A stretch of DNA of 64,000 nt from Histomonas meleagridis 2922-C6/04-290x (taxonomy: Eukaryota; Protista; Parabasalia), in assembly GCA_020184695.1 (NCBI GenBank), contig JAANOX010000068.1:62001-126000 (forward strand). The letters run 5' to 3'. Shown here piece by piece: positions 31,389 through 42,072 of this stretch (its first letter is position 1; every line of letters begins with the position of its first letter). Below the pieces are notes generated by a model. The model made no database searches and was not told the DNA's origin. It worked only from the letters and a program-made list of their open reading frames with translations. A program made the position numbers and the translations under genes.

Positions 31389-33299
31389 TCAACCACCAGC
31401 ATCAGACACATTATCTGTATTCAAGTCATCATTTTGATTACCTTCTTGAAATGTTGAAATTATTACACTTTTTCTAATTCTTATGAACCACTTGGCACAA
31501 GACTCCTTATCCAATCCCTTCAAGTACACCTTCTTAATATTAGGTAATATATTTGGAATACCTTTGTCAAATGATACATTTTGAATCTGATCATTTTTAG
31601 CAGTGATCACAATCACGTTATCCTTACTTTCAAGGTTAACGTCAACCTCAGTCAACTGTATCATTCCCTGTGGTTGATCTTTACTTGATTGTGAATCATC
31701 TTTGAAGTAATATAAACAGGAATTCGTTAAGACAAAGTACTTTTTCGTAAACTTGCTGAATTTCTTTCCCATCTTCAACTGAACATACCCCTTCAATTTC
31801 GGCGCCGATAGAGCCATGAATTCGTTTGATGAGTTGGAAAATTTAAACGGATTTTCCTTCAGTTCGTTGTACATTTTGGCTAAGTCATTGTCTGTAATGT
31901 CTTTACTATCATTTAATGAGCCCCTAGTGTTTTGAATGAATTGCTGACATGTCATTCGACGTTGAACGTTTGGATTATGTAAATCTGAATTTAACATAAT
32001 TAAAGCAAATGATAATATATAAGGATTTTCATCATTGGAAAACTTGCCAGGGTTTTGCCTCATGTAACATTGAGAAAATGATTGAACAACACGATCAATT
32101 TGTTGAGCTTCACCAGGTAAATACAATGGTCCGCTTAATGACCTTCGCATTGCATCGACAAAGTCAGTCCTCAAGTCAATTTGATTGAAATATTCGTCCA
32201 AAATTTGACTGTTTTCTTTTCGAGATAAATAATCTCCGATGACTTCGCCTAAAAGTCCTTTTACGTGATGCATAAGAAATGCTATCGACTCAGGCGTCTT
32301 GTCTTTGCGATAAAAGTCACATAATAAGCCGATGTTTTTGCTGGGATGAGTATTGAATTGATAGACAACTTCGATTTCGGCATCTTCTTTTTCCAATTGG
32401 TCATAGATCTCTTCGAACTCTTCTTCGTATTCGCCAGTGGAGTTTAAAATCGAAGGAATCTTAAACGGAGTATCATCAGATTTGAAAAATTGAGAATAAT
32501 TCGACGGATGTGTGGTGGCTGGTAATGAACTTAAGGCGCTTTTGCTTTGTTTGGAGACAAATGACCGATTACGTGATTTGTTGACCTTACGAACGATTCG
32601 TTTGTTCTTGGCAACCCGGCGATGACCGTGCTCAGAATCGGTAGCGGATCCTTCGGATTTCCGGACTAATACTCGTCGACGAGCGGGACGTGCTGAGCGT
32701 TTATTTCGTTCGGACGTATTACTACTTTCATCACGACGTCTCTTTCGGCGTGAATCGCTATCAGCATTGGACTTAGGAGAGGTGGATTCGGTCTCGGATT
32801 CTCTAATTGTGCTATCATCTTGAGATGTTTCATCATGACTATTTCCATCAGAATCTGGTTCTTGAGATGTGGGGTCATTTGGAAGAGTTGATGGCGTGAG
32901 TTTAGTTTTTTTGATTACTACTCTTTTCTTTTTGTTTGAAGGAGGTGGACTTTCATTTTGTTCTGAACTATTAGATTGAATTTGCTCACGAAAACCGACA
33001 CGATATGGTGGAAGTGGTAAGTCATTGACAGCTTGGAGTGGTTTGAGTGATTTAGTAAGATATGTTGGAATTGGTACACCTGACTCAGCATTTGAAGATA
33101 AAGCTGATGGTGGTGACGTAGGTGGAGGTCGAGCTGGTGGTGGTCTAGCAGGTGGAGGTTTTACTGGTGGTGGTTTAATTGGAGGAGGCTGTGTTTTAGG
33201 AGGTTGAGTTTTTGGTAAATTAGTTTCTTCACTAGAAGAGGATGATTCTTCCGAGCTGCTATTTTCTGTTGATTTTTGTGAGCTTTCTTCTTCGCTCAT
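31389..33299 (-). CDS. Sec7 + PH domain ARF guanine-nucleotide exchange factor (cytohesin-like) with Pro/Ser-rich N-terminus
   Basis: IGDYLS, LYLPGEAQQIDRVVQSF (catalytic Glu), YILSFALIMLNSDLHNPNV; PH domain KGYVQLK...KKYFVLTNSCLYYF...W. Confidence 0.94.
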   Translation of the reverse strand: MSEEESSQKSTENSSSEESSSSSEETNLPKTQPPKTQPPPIKPPPVKPPPARPPPARPPPTSPPSALSSNAESGVPIPTYLTKSLKPLQAVNDLPLPPYRVGFREQIQSNSSEQNESPPPSNKKKRVVIKKTKLTPSTLPNDPTSQEPDSDGNSHDETSQDDSTIRESETESTSPKSNADSDSRRKRRRDESSNTSERNKRSARPARRRVLVRKSEGSATDSEHGHRRVAKNKRIVRKVNKSRNRSFVSKQSKSALSSLPATTHPSNYSQFFKSDDTPFKIPSILNSTGEYEEEFEEIYDQLEKEDAEIEVVYQFNTHPSKNIGLLCDFYRKDKTPESIAFLMHHVKGLLGEVIGDYLSRKENSQILDEYFNQIDLRTDFVDAMRRSLSGPLYLPGEAQQIDRVVQSFSQCYMRQNPGKFSNDENPYILSFALIMLNSDLHNPNVQRRMTCQQFIQNTRGSLNDSKDITDNDLAKMYNELKENPFKFSNSSNEFMALSAPKLKGYVQLKMGKKFSKFTKKYFVLTNSCLYYFKDDSQSSKDQPQGMIQLTEVDVNLESKDNVIVITAKNDQIQNVSFDKGIPNILPNIKKVYLKGLDKESCAKWFIRIRKSVIISTFQEGNQNDDLNTDNVSDAGG

Positions 33300-34464
33300 T
33301 TGTTTAATGCTGCTGATTAATGGTCAGAAATTTGTGTAGTCTCAGAAAAATCTATGTACGGTACGTTAAAAAGCTGCTGAATATTGAAAACAACCGTTTT
33401 TTGAGAGATCAGGTTTGCGTGACAGAGTTATCAAAAATCTGCCATCTGAATTTTCAATAGTTTAAAACAGGGGGATCCATTTAATGATATCAAAATACCT
33501 CAGTTTATTACGATGTACAAAATCTAAAGGTAAAATTTTATTGCTGTATTAAAAATTTCATTTCAACATTTTATAAAGTTGGTTTCGGTGAAGTTTAATT
33601 TATGTTTTTTTTTAGTTTTGGTTTTTATGTTGGCAATAAAACATTTTCTAAATAATGTCAAGCGACTTGAATAGTACAAAAAAATAAAATTTCTCTATTT
33701 TTGTACATTCTGATGGCACACAAACAAACGAGTTGAAAATTAAATCGCACTGTTAGACATTGAAATTTCAATTTGCTAAAAGTCAAAGCAATTTCAATAA
33801 TGTTGTTTCAATATATTCATAACTTTACATACGTTTAAACAAAGCGACATTTTTTTCCTTTCCATAATTCATGCATATTCGTTACTGTTTCAAAACAAAT
33901 TGCAAATGAGTCATTCATACTGTTTGATTTTCTTATGTAGTTAAAATTTTCCTTTCCAATTATAATCGATTATAATTTTATGAAAATATATTACATTTTT
34001 GCTACCAAGGTTTTTACAGCAGGTGAGAAGTGAAGTGTTAGCCGATATAGAAATTGAATGCAGTTAACGATTGTTTCTCTTTCAATAATTTCGAAAACGG
34101 CTCATTATGATCGGAATCGGTTAAAACATTTTCTTGATCTTACATTGCCTAATTGTATACTTTAGACATTGTTTTTACATTTCGATAAAGTATACAAATC
34201 TATTGTTACTCCTGCTTTATTGCGGTTATTGAGTTTTTGAATGTCCGAAGTAAACTATTCAAACCTTAACTTTCGCCCTTCAAAAAAATCCAACCGTTTT
34301 TCTATGAAACCGACTGCTTTTTCACATAAAACCACACGGTTTGCATTGAACAACGATGCCAGAAATCAACGTTAATTTTTAGCACCTTTCAAAAATGTTC
34401 GCAGATATTGAAAATTGTTCGACAAAACGGTGGACTTTTCAATTTTTCCCACCAAAATTCCTCT

Positions 34465-37437
34465 ATGGAGAGCGAAGAAGAGGAAGAAACTCGTCTCTCA
34501 GTGTGGGGATGTTCATACAGATATGCTAGATTTACTTATAGGTATCCATGGGTTATTATTTTAATATGTTTGGCTTTTGTAATTGCAATGACATGTTGGT
34601 GGATCATAGTTTATGGAATTGAAATCACAGCAGAGATTGACAATTACAGATACAGTGGCCAACCAAGTGTTATTCCATATGATGCATTTGTTCAAGCATC
34701 AAAGGATACATATTACTCAACATATGACAGAATGTCCTCAACAATAGAAATGGATCAACAATCAAGTCAAACAGGTCTTGGGTTATTTGTATATGAAAGA
34801 GAAGGGCAAAATATCCTTGAACCTAAAGTTCTTAAAGACATTTGGGATATGGAAGATGAAATTTGGAATGATCCTCGATTCCCAGATTATTGTTTCAAAC
34901 CAGGAAATTATTCTTCTGATGCCAATGTTGATCCTATTACAGGTTGTGCATATTTCCAATCAGTCATATATTATTTCAAGCAATTCCTTCAAGCGTTTCA
35001 ATTCCCTGTTACTTCTGAAATCCTTAGCGATGAAGAACGTGCCCGCCCTATAATTCGCACCTTTCTCGAGCTCTTCCCTGAGATTCCCATTAATTTTCTG
35101 TCACGAGATTGTAATTCCACGCATCAATATTCGACCATTATGCGGACTCTTATCTCATTTGGGTTTCCGCTTAAAGGTTATCTTAACAAAGAAGATCGAA
35201 GTGATGAACAAAATGAAAAACTTCGAGATGTAGGTATTGATTTAGTCAAGCCATCAGAAGAAATTTTAAACAATGCTCCCAATGGATTACGTTCATATGA
35301 TTATTTACCAGGAGTCATTGATTATAAGATATCACAATTAATATTATCCGAAGTTCTTTGGCTTATCGGGTCATTTGGATGTGTGATTGTTTTTGCCTTC
35401 ATCAAAATCGGATCAATTACATTAGCGCTCTCAGGTGTCGTTGGCGTCTTTTTCAATATTCCATCGGCGATAGCGGTTTGCTATTGTTTTGTGGGCATCA
35501 AAGTGTTTGATGCGATGAATGTCCTCGGTCTATTTTTGATATGCGGCGTTGGCGCTGACTCCATCTTCTTGTTGTATGACTTGTTAAGGCAAACGAAGAA
35601 GGTGAAAGGCGCAACACCAGAACTAAGGCTTGCGTATGCATGGCAACATGGACTTTCATCATTAGCAGTATCTTGTCTTACAAGTGCTGTTTGTTTCCTT
35701 TCTATGTGTACATCAGGAGCAAAAGTTTTGATTTATTTCGGTCTGTTTTGCTTCTTCGAACTTATCTTTGACTTCATATATACAATTACATGGTATTTTG
35801 CATTCCTTGCAATATATTTACGATTTTTAGAAAAGAAACAATGTTGTAAGAAGTCAGACCATAAAGAAGTTAAACATGAAGAGATAAATATTGAGGAATA
35901 TCCTGATAAAGGAATCTTAGATTGTTTCCATAAGAAGCCGACATTTAATATCCAAGCGTCAGGACTTGACTTGAATTCATATTCCAAAGCAGAGAAATTT
36001 GTCCATAATTATGTAATACCAGTAATCTATTTTTATCGATTACCAATTGTAATCATAACTATAGTTGTCGCAATTGTTATGGGAGTAATGACATTTCGAT
36101 TTACTCCTAAAGTCGAAATGACATTTTTAGATAGTAGTCATCCATTACAACATGGATATACAATTCTACTTAATTCATTCCATACATCAACTGATGACTT
36201 TTCGATGTTATATGTTTGTGGTATTAAACCAGAATTACATCCAACTGTTGGCGATTCATTAGAATATGGTAATTTTGGTGATCCAATATACTTCGATATG
36301 AACTTTAGGAATTCGACAGTCCAAAAGTTTTTATATGATGCATGTGCATTCATGGCTTCACGTGATGAAATCATTGAGCCAAGTGGTAGTACAGTTTGTC
36401 CTATTAATTATCTGAAAGAAGTCGTCGAAGCACGAAATTTAACATTTCCTGATTACGTCGATAACTTAAATGACGATGAATATAATGAGATAATGTTAGC
36501 TTTCCAAGACGCATTAAATTCATTAGGAGCTTCTGAACCTGATACTGACCCTGGCACAAGTTCTAAAGATACAATTGGATTTGGTGAAGATGGTAACTTA
36601 TTATATATCGCTGTGAAGTCAGATATAATTTTACCTGAATCAATGGAGTCGTCACTTTTACACCAAATTTATAACAAAACGAGAGTAATACAAAATGAAC
36701 TTCAAGAATTGGCACCTGATTCATTAAAACAATGTTATGTGACATCAGGTTGTTTCGTTCAAATGGAAACTCAAGACCAAATCACATCACAAGTCGTCTT
36801 AAACGTTGCCCTGTCAACGGTTTTCGCTATCGTGGTGATATTCATCATGACACTTTCCATAACGTACACAATTCTGTTCGCTATCTCTATCGTTTCGGTT
36901 ATCTTCATTGTGTTTGGAGTTCTGTATTTGGTTGGATGGCAAGTGGGTATGAATGAGGCTGTGATGTTCACGATCGCTTCCGGATTTTGTACAGATTATA
37001 TTGTGCATACTATGAACGCTATGGCACATGATGATAAGAATTCAAGATTTGGAAAAATACAAAGATCGTTAACAACGTACTTCTCACCTGTGTTCTCCGC
37101 TTTGATAACAACAATTTTGTCGGCAGTATTCTTGTATCCAGCAGAAATATTGATATTCCCACCGTTCGCGACATTTTTGATTATGAGTGGTGTGTTTGGT
37201 ACATACAGTGGATTCATCTTCTTGCCAGCAATGGTGGGAATTGTGGCACCGAAACGCGGTGATAGATTAACAAAATTATGTCATAAGAAAAAGAAAGAAA
37301 AAGAATTGAAATCAATAACAGAAGAAACAGAAGGTTCAAACAAACCTCAAAAAGAAGAAGAATTAGAAGATTCCGAAAAATCTGGAGAATCTGGATTCGA
37401 AAATAATTCATCTTCAACATCATCATCATCTTCATGA
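34465..37437 (+). CDS. Patched/Dispatched-family (RND/SSD) membrane protein
   Basis: 1+5 and 1+5 TM architecture with two large luminal loops; GVGADSIF and GFCTDYIVH motifs. First ATG is 34465 (the track's 34408 start is TTG). Confidence 0.88.
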   Translation: MESEEEEETRLSVWGCSYRYARFTYRYPWVIILICLAFVIAMTCWWIIVYGIEITAEIDNYRYSGQPSVIPYDAFVQASKDTYYSTYDRMSSTIEMDQQSSQTGLGLFVYEREGQNILEPKVLKDIWDMEDEIWNDPRFPDYCFKPGNYSSDANVDPITGCAYFQSVIYYFKQFLQAFQFPVTSEILSDEERARPIIRTFLELFPEIPINFLSRDCNSTHQYSTIMRTLISFGFPLKGYLNKEDRSDEQNEKLRDVGIDLVKPSEEILNNAPNGLRSYDYLPGVIDYKISQLILSEVLWLIGSFGCVIVFAFIKIGSITLALSGVVGVFFNIPSAIAVCYCFVGIKVFDAMNVLGLFLICGVGADSIFLLYDLLRQTKKVKGATPELRLAYAWQHGLSSLAVSCLTSAVCFLSMCTSGAKVLIYFGLFCFFELIFDFIYTITWYFAFLAIYLRFLEKKQCCKKSDHKEVKHEEINIEEYPDKGILDCFHKKPTFNIQASGLDLNSYSKAEKFVHNYVIPVIYFYRLPIVIITIVVAIVMGVMTFRFTPKVEMTFLDSSHPLQHGYTILLNSFHTSTDDFSMLYVCGIKPELHPTVGDSLEYGNFGDPIYFDMNFRNSTVQKFLYDACAFMASRDEIIEPSGSTVCPINYLKEVVEARNLTFPDYVDNLNDDEYNEIMLAFQDALNSLGASEPDTDPGTSSKDTIGFGEDGNLLYIAVKSDIILPESMESSLLHQIYNKTRVIQNELQELAPDSLKQCYVTSGCFVQMETQDQITSQVVLNVALSTVFAIVVIFIMTLSITYTILFAISIVSVIFIVFGVLYLVGWQVGMNEAVMFTIASGFCTDYIVHTMNAMAHDDKNSRFGKIQRSLTTYFSPVFSALITTILSAVFLYPAEILIFPPFATFLIMSGVFGTYSGFIFLPAMVGIVAPKRGDRLTKLCHKKKKEKELKSITEETEGSNKPQKEEELEDSEKSGESGFENNSSSTSSSSS

Positions 37438-37666
37438 TCTTAGTTGGATCAATAATTTGTTGGTTCAATAAATTTAATAATATATTTTTTTCTCCTTTGC
37501 ATACACAAAATAAAAATTGTTATAATTCAGTTTTCTGAAGTTTACAATACTTTTCTATAGTTTATTCATATGATTAAATTCTTCAGCGGCGACGTCACTG
37601 AACACGAAAACATAAAAAATTCGGCGCTGAGTGCAAATTGTAATGTATGCGAACGATTTATTACAA

Positions 37667-38017
37667 TTAGTATAAGCAGTGCGACATATTGCGCGACATT
37701 ATTTGGCACTGAAGCGCTTTCACTGTAAGCTCTGTGTCAAGGAATGATAGGAATGGCTTGAACACTGTTTTTATCACTGTTTTTTCTGGTTTGATTTTCC
37801 TTTTGATTTCAATTCCCGAATTTTCAACTACAATTGACGTTGGTTTCTTTGGGCATAAACATGGCTCATCAAACATATCATATGAAAATGATTCGCAAGT
37901 TAAATCAACATCTGTTAAATTAATTTCTCCATCATAATAATCACGTCTATCAATAATTGGTGATGACATCATGTCGACATCAAGGTCAAATGTAAAATCG
38001 CCAAAATTAGAATCCAT
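37667..38017 (-). CDS. Hypothetical small protein
   Basis: ATG 38017 (MDSNFGDFTFDLDVDMM...); the upstream extension in the track starts at GTG and looks non-coding. Confidence 0.55.
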   Translation of the reverse strand: MDSNFGDFTFDLDVDMMSSPIIDRRDYYDGEINLTDVDLTCESFSYDMFDEPCLCPKKPTSIVVENSGIEIKRKIKPEKTVIKTVFKPFLSFLDTELTVKALQCQIMSRNMSHCLY

Positions 38018-38555
38018 GGAAACGCAACAAAAAAAATGTGATTCGCGGGAATTTGACGTTACAGACAGAAATTGGTATTCAATTATTGAATGGGATAATA
38101 CGTTAAGGAATGGTTGCCGCGAACGAAGAAGTAACGGATATAACCGTGATGATAAAAAATTAATAAAATGAAAGTTGTTCACGTCTTTTATAAAATTCGG
38201 TTTTAAATTTTATGTTGGCAAGACAAACTATTTAATTTTCAAATAAAACTATGTAAAGATTTGAATTATGTATCAATTCTGAAAAAATGCATTAAGTAAA
38301 ATTACAAAATGATAATGATAAAATCAAAACTTGGGTTGTTTACAGGATTTGAGACAATTTGTATCAATGAAATGAAGAATTTGATTAATTCCAATTTTAG
38401 ATTGATTGATTAATTTAATTTTTTTTTACATTAAAGAGTTGATAAATATTAGATTCAAAAACTATTTTTAGATTAATTCTTTTGTTGGAAGATTGGAAAT
38501 TTGTTTAATTCGAAGTTTTTGGCCAAAAAATTTTAACCGCTTTTCTTTTTGTAGA

Positions 38556-39136
38556 ATGGAAAAGGAACAAGAAGAAGAACTTCTCCATCAAAACAAAAAT
38601 GCTGGTAAATCCAATATACTCTTGATTTTCTTAGGTGTACAATTTATATATTTTATACTATTTTTAGCATCATTTCAAAATTCATTATTTTTCATTTTAT
38701 ACGCGATAACTGTTTTTATCTGCTTTATATTCAATAAATCTTATTTTGGCAGGAACCTCACCGGATTTTCATGGAAAATAAATCTATCTCAAGCATCACA
38801 TTGGTCTTATCAAATCGAACCAGATCCATTTGTACCACGTAAAATCGACTCCAATGCGTTCTGGATCAGTCTCATTTTATCTGTTATTTCTTCTTTGATC
38901 GGAACCATAGTATTTATTGTACAAGAAAAGTATTTTATTTTTAGTTTTAGTTTACTTCTTACAGTTTTTCCTATTATAAACTACATTGCCTTCTCTAAGA
39001 TACAGCAGATCGCAAACAAACAATCTGCGGATACAGTTCGCTCTGTTTTGCTTGGAAATGATTTGGTGATGCGATTTCCGATTATAGTGAAGAGGAGGAG
39101 GAGGAAGAGGAGGAACATCCAGATGTGCACCCGTGA
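38556..39136 (+). CDS. TVP23/DUF846-like Golgi membrane protein (tail probably frameshifted by a 1-nt error)
   Basis: GRNLTGFSW and DSNAFWISL resemble TVP23 motifs GRxLVGLRW and DxxxFW; four TM helices. Adding one T near 39062 gives an acidic tail ending at TGA 39134-39136. Confidence 0.6.
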
Positions 39137-39145
39137 TCATGAGCT

Positions 39146-39910
39146 TCACCTGGGATGTTTAGCTTTCAATGTACTGATAATTTTCGCGCGATGAATTCTC
39201 TTAGAATGGGATGGGTCGTTATTGTCTGATGTGTTCTCGTTACATTGGACCCATTTCTGACTTTTCCAAGGGTTTGGAAGTGGATCTTCTGATATCGACG
39301 GTTCATAATCAATTTTGGTCGGGAAAATAAAATCGAATTCTTCATGAACACTGTCAACCCCAAAGAGGTCTTTGAGCGTTTCAATACCTTCTGTTGTCTG
39401 TTCTAGTTTTGATATTGTGAAATCGTTTAACTGTGCAATTGTGCTAACGATATTGGTAAGGTTTGTTTCTCGATAGTTAGAAACAGTTGCTAACGCTTCT
39501 TTCATGAGCATTTTTGATTCTGGATTGATTCTTGAATAAGCTTGTAGAGTAGGTTTGTCAAGTAACTCGATGATTTCATCCACTAGCTCATCCTTTTTAG
39601 GTTCAAAGGAAAACAAAAGTTTGTATAAACAACGGCAAAGGTTTTCATACAATTCTGAAGGTCTTACTCTTCGTTTTTTCTGTTGAGATATACTTACATA
39701 AACTACAGATCCATTTTTCACTCCGTAATGACCCAAGCTTATTTCGTCTGTCAAAATTTTACCATTAAATATGAGATTTTGTTGATCTGGAGGAATTTGA
39801 ATTTTCTGGACGATATTTTCCTTTACTTCCCGGACCGTTATCTCGGTTGTAGTTAGCATCGAACAAACAGTGGTATCTCTGGTCTTTATTCTGATTGCAA
39901 TAACTTCCAT
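39146..39910 (-). CDS. Ubiquitin-like domain protein (ubiquilin-like motif)
   Basis: N-terminal UBL (TVREVKENI...IPPDQQNLIFNGKILTD...LGHYGVKNGSVVYV); late EDPLPNPW motif as in ubiquilins. Confidence 0.8.
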   Translation of the reverse strand: MEVIAIRIKTRDTTVCSMLTTTEITVREVKENIVQKIQIPPDQQNLIFNGKILTDEISLGHYGVKNGSVVYVSISQQKKRRVRPSELYENLCRCLYKLLFSFEPKKDELVDEIIELLDKPTLQAYSRINPESKMLMKEALATVSNYRETNLTNIVSTIAQLNDFTISKLEQTTEGIETLKDLFGVDSVHEEFDFIFPTKIDYEPSISEDPLPNPWKSQKWVQCNENTSDNNDPSHSKRIHRAKIISTLKAKHPR

Positions 39911-40071
39911 TAATATAAATTTTCAGCGACTTATGAAAAAGTTGGAAAACATAAATTTTTTCGTATTGAAAAAGTAAATTAAAACGTCAGAAAATTTGAA
40001 TCTTCGCTAAAATTTTGAGAAAAAGTATAAAGTGACACTTTTTGAATCGATATCCATTATTTGTTTATTTA

Positions 40072-41445
40072 TCAGATGTCATCAAGAGCACTATCTTGTG
40101 TGCATGTGAAACCAACAAATTCTTGCTGTGTACTTTGGTCTAAGAGGCTTTCATCTTCGAAGGAAACGGCGGCCTCTTCTTGTGTAAATTCTTCATCAAA
40201 GTTATGAGTATCAGTTTCATTTTTCATTACAGGAATCCACTCTGGGGTATATCTCTTATTAAGGACATCGTCGAAATTTAACGATGAGAAAAATGGATGT
40301 CTTTTGATTTCTTCGGCATCTTCTTCTGATGCACCCATTCTTGTAGATGGATTACGATCTAACAAACGGGATATGAAATCTTTAGCATCTTGTGATATAT
40401 AAGATGGGAAAACAACTTGCTCGGTCAATATCATTCGATACATCTTATTTGTATTTTCATCATAAAATGGTGGAAGGCCAGTAAGCATCTCAAAGACGAG
40501 AATACCATAGCTCCACCAGTCAACGGACCTTGTGTAAGGTTGTTGTTGAAGCATTTCTGGCGCAATATATTCGGGCGTTCCACAAAATGTTGTTGTTGTA
40601 GTTTGTGCATTCATGTGTGTCTTAACCAGACCGAAGTCAGTGATTTTCAAATGGCCTTTTGCATCTACAAGGATATTTTCAGGTTTCAAATCTCGATAAA
40701 TAAATCCAAGTTTGTGAAGAGCGCCAAGTCCCAAAAGGATTTCTGCAGCGTATAGGATTGTTCTTTTCTCGCTGAACCTTCCTTCGTCTTTTAATCTTCC
40801 GAATAATTCACCGCCAGGAACATAATCAAGAACCATGAAAATCTTTTGCGGTGTTTGGAAGGTGTAATGGGCTGAAACCAAAAATGGATGTTTCGTCTTG
40901 AGCAAAACGTTTCTTTCTGTGATTGTTTGTTCGATTTGTTCTGTTTCTTCAAGAAGGCGCTTGCTCATTGTTTTCATGGCGTAAAGCTCATGGTCTCGCT
41001 TGAAACGCACCAGCTGAACCTTTCCGTAGGTTCCTCTTCCAAGAACTCTGATCAAATCGAAATCATCCAAACTGACTCTTTCTTGAACTTTAGGTGTTGA
41101 CGGTGCAGATGACTGAGATTTATTTTGGGTTTCAGCCTTCGGTTGAGCTGCTATTCTTGCTTTCTCGCAAACATCAACCCAAGCTTGACATTCGGCCTTA
41201 TTTGGAGCTAGAAGCAAAAAAGTTCTTGACCCTGGAACAACTATCTTAAAGGCTGGCTGTTTTTTGGATTCTGGTGCTAGTTCGACGGTGGAAGCTGGCT
41301 TTAAATCGATATATCCTTGTTCTTTCTTTCCTTGCTTTTCACTGTAATGGAGAGTTGATCCAACCAAGCTGAACCATCGCTTTTTCCATGTCTTGATTAG
41401 GCCTCCTTGTTTGCTAAGCCACCCTTCCTTTACTGGATTGCTCAT
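40072..41445 (-). CDS. PH-domain AGC kinase (PKB/Akt-like)
   Basis: PH (KEGWLSKQGGLIKTWKKRWF), GRGTYGKV, YRDLKPEN, DFG, TFCGTPEYIAPE, C-terminal hydrophobic motif FVGFT. Confidence 0.95.
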   Translation of the reverse strand: MSNPVKEGWLSKQGGLIKTWKKRWFSLVGSTLHYSEKQGKKEQGYIDLKPASTVELAPESKKQPAFKIVVPGSRTFLLLAPNKAECQAWVDVCEKARIAAQPKAETQNKSQSSAPSTPKVQERVSLDDFDLIRVLGRGTYGKVQLVRFKRDHELYAMKTMSKRLLEETEQIEQTITERNVLLKTKHPFLVSAHYTFQTPQKIFMVLDYVPGGELFGRLKDEGRFSEKRTILYAAEILLGLGALHKLGFIYRDLKPENILVDAKGHLKITDFGLVKTHMNAQTTTTTFCGTPEYIAPEMLQQQPYTRSVDWWSYGILVFEMLTGLPPFYDENTNKMYRMILTEQVVFPSYISQDAKDFISRLLDRNPSTRMGASEEDAEEIKRHPFFSSLNFDDVLNKRYTPEWIPVMKNETDTHNFDEEFTQEEAAVSFEDESLLDQSTQQEFVGFTCTQDSALDDI

Positions 41446-42072
41446 CGAAACTAATAATCATTCAAATTTTCTGTTGGTTTGGCGGTTTGGTTAATCACAC
41501 AATTCTCATTACTAATAACCAAAAAAAACGGATTTTTTGGAGATAATAAATAATAAAAAATTTATGAAAAAAATGTGAAATATTATATGATGAAACATGG
41601 AAAATGGGGAGAAATATATTGGTGTATTTATTCTTTTTAAATTTTTTTGTTTTTCAATAATAAAAATTTTTATTTTATATATACAACACATTTGTTTTGG
41701 GATAAATTGTTGAAAATTAATGATATTCTTGTTTAATTCATTTTGTTTCATAAAACTTATATTTATTGTCTAATAAAAAAACAGGAATAATGTATTTTGT
41801 AAAACAAAAAAATTCAACAATTAAAATCGAAATATTTTATATATCAAAAAGGAAATATGTTTGAATTAGACATCTATATATTTAAATAATTACTTCACTA
41901 TCTTTTTGTTCAATGTTAAAAAAAAAAAAAAACTTATTGAAAACTATTTAAAAATTTCCATTTTATTCAGACATTTGATTAACATCATTGAATTTTCATT
42001 ATATTAATAAATTTATTATCCATAACAACAATGTTTCAATAATAAAAATCCGAAAAAGTTATTTTTTTTTTA

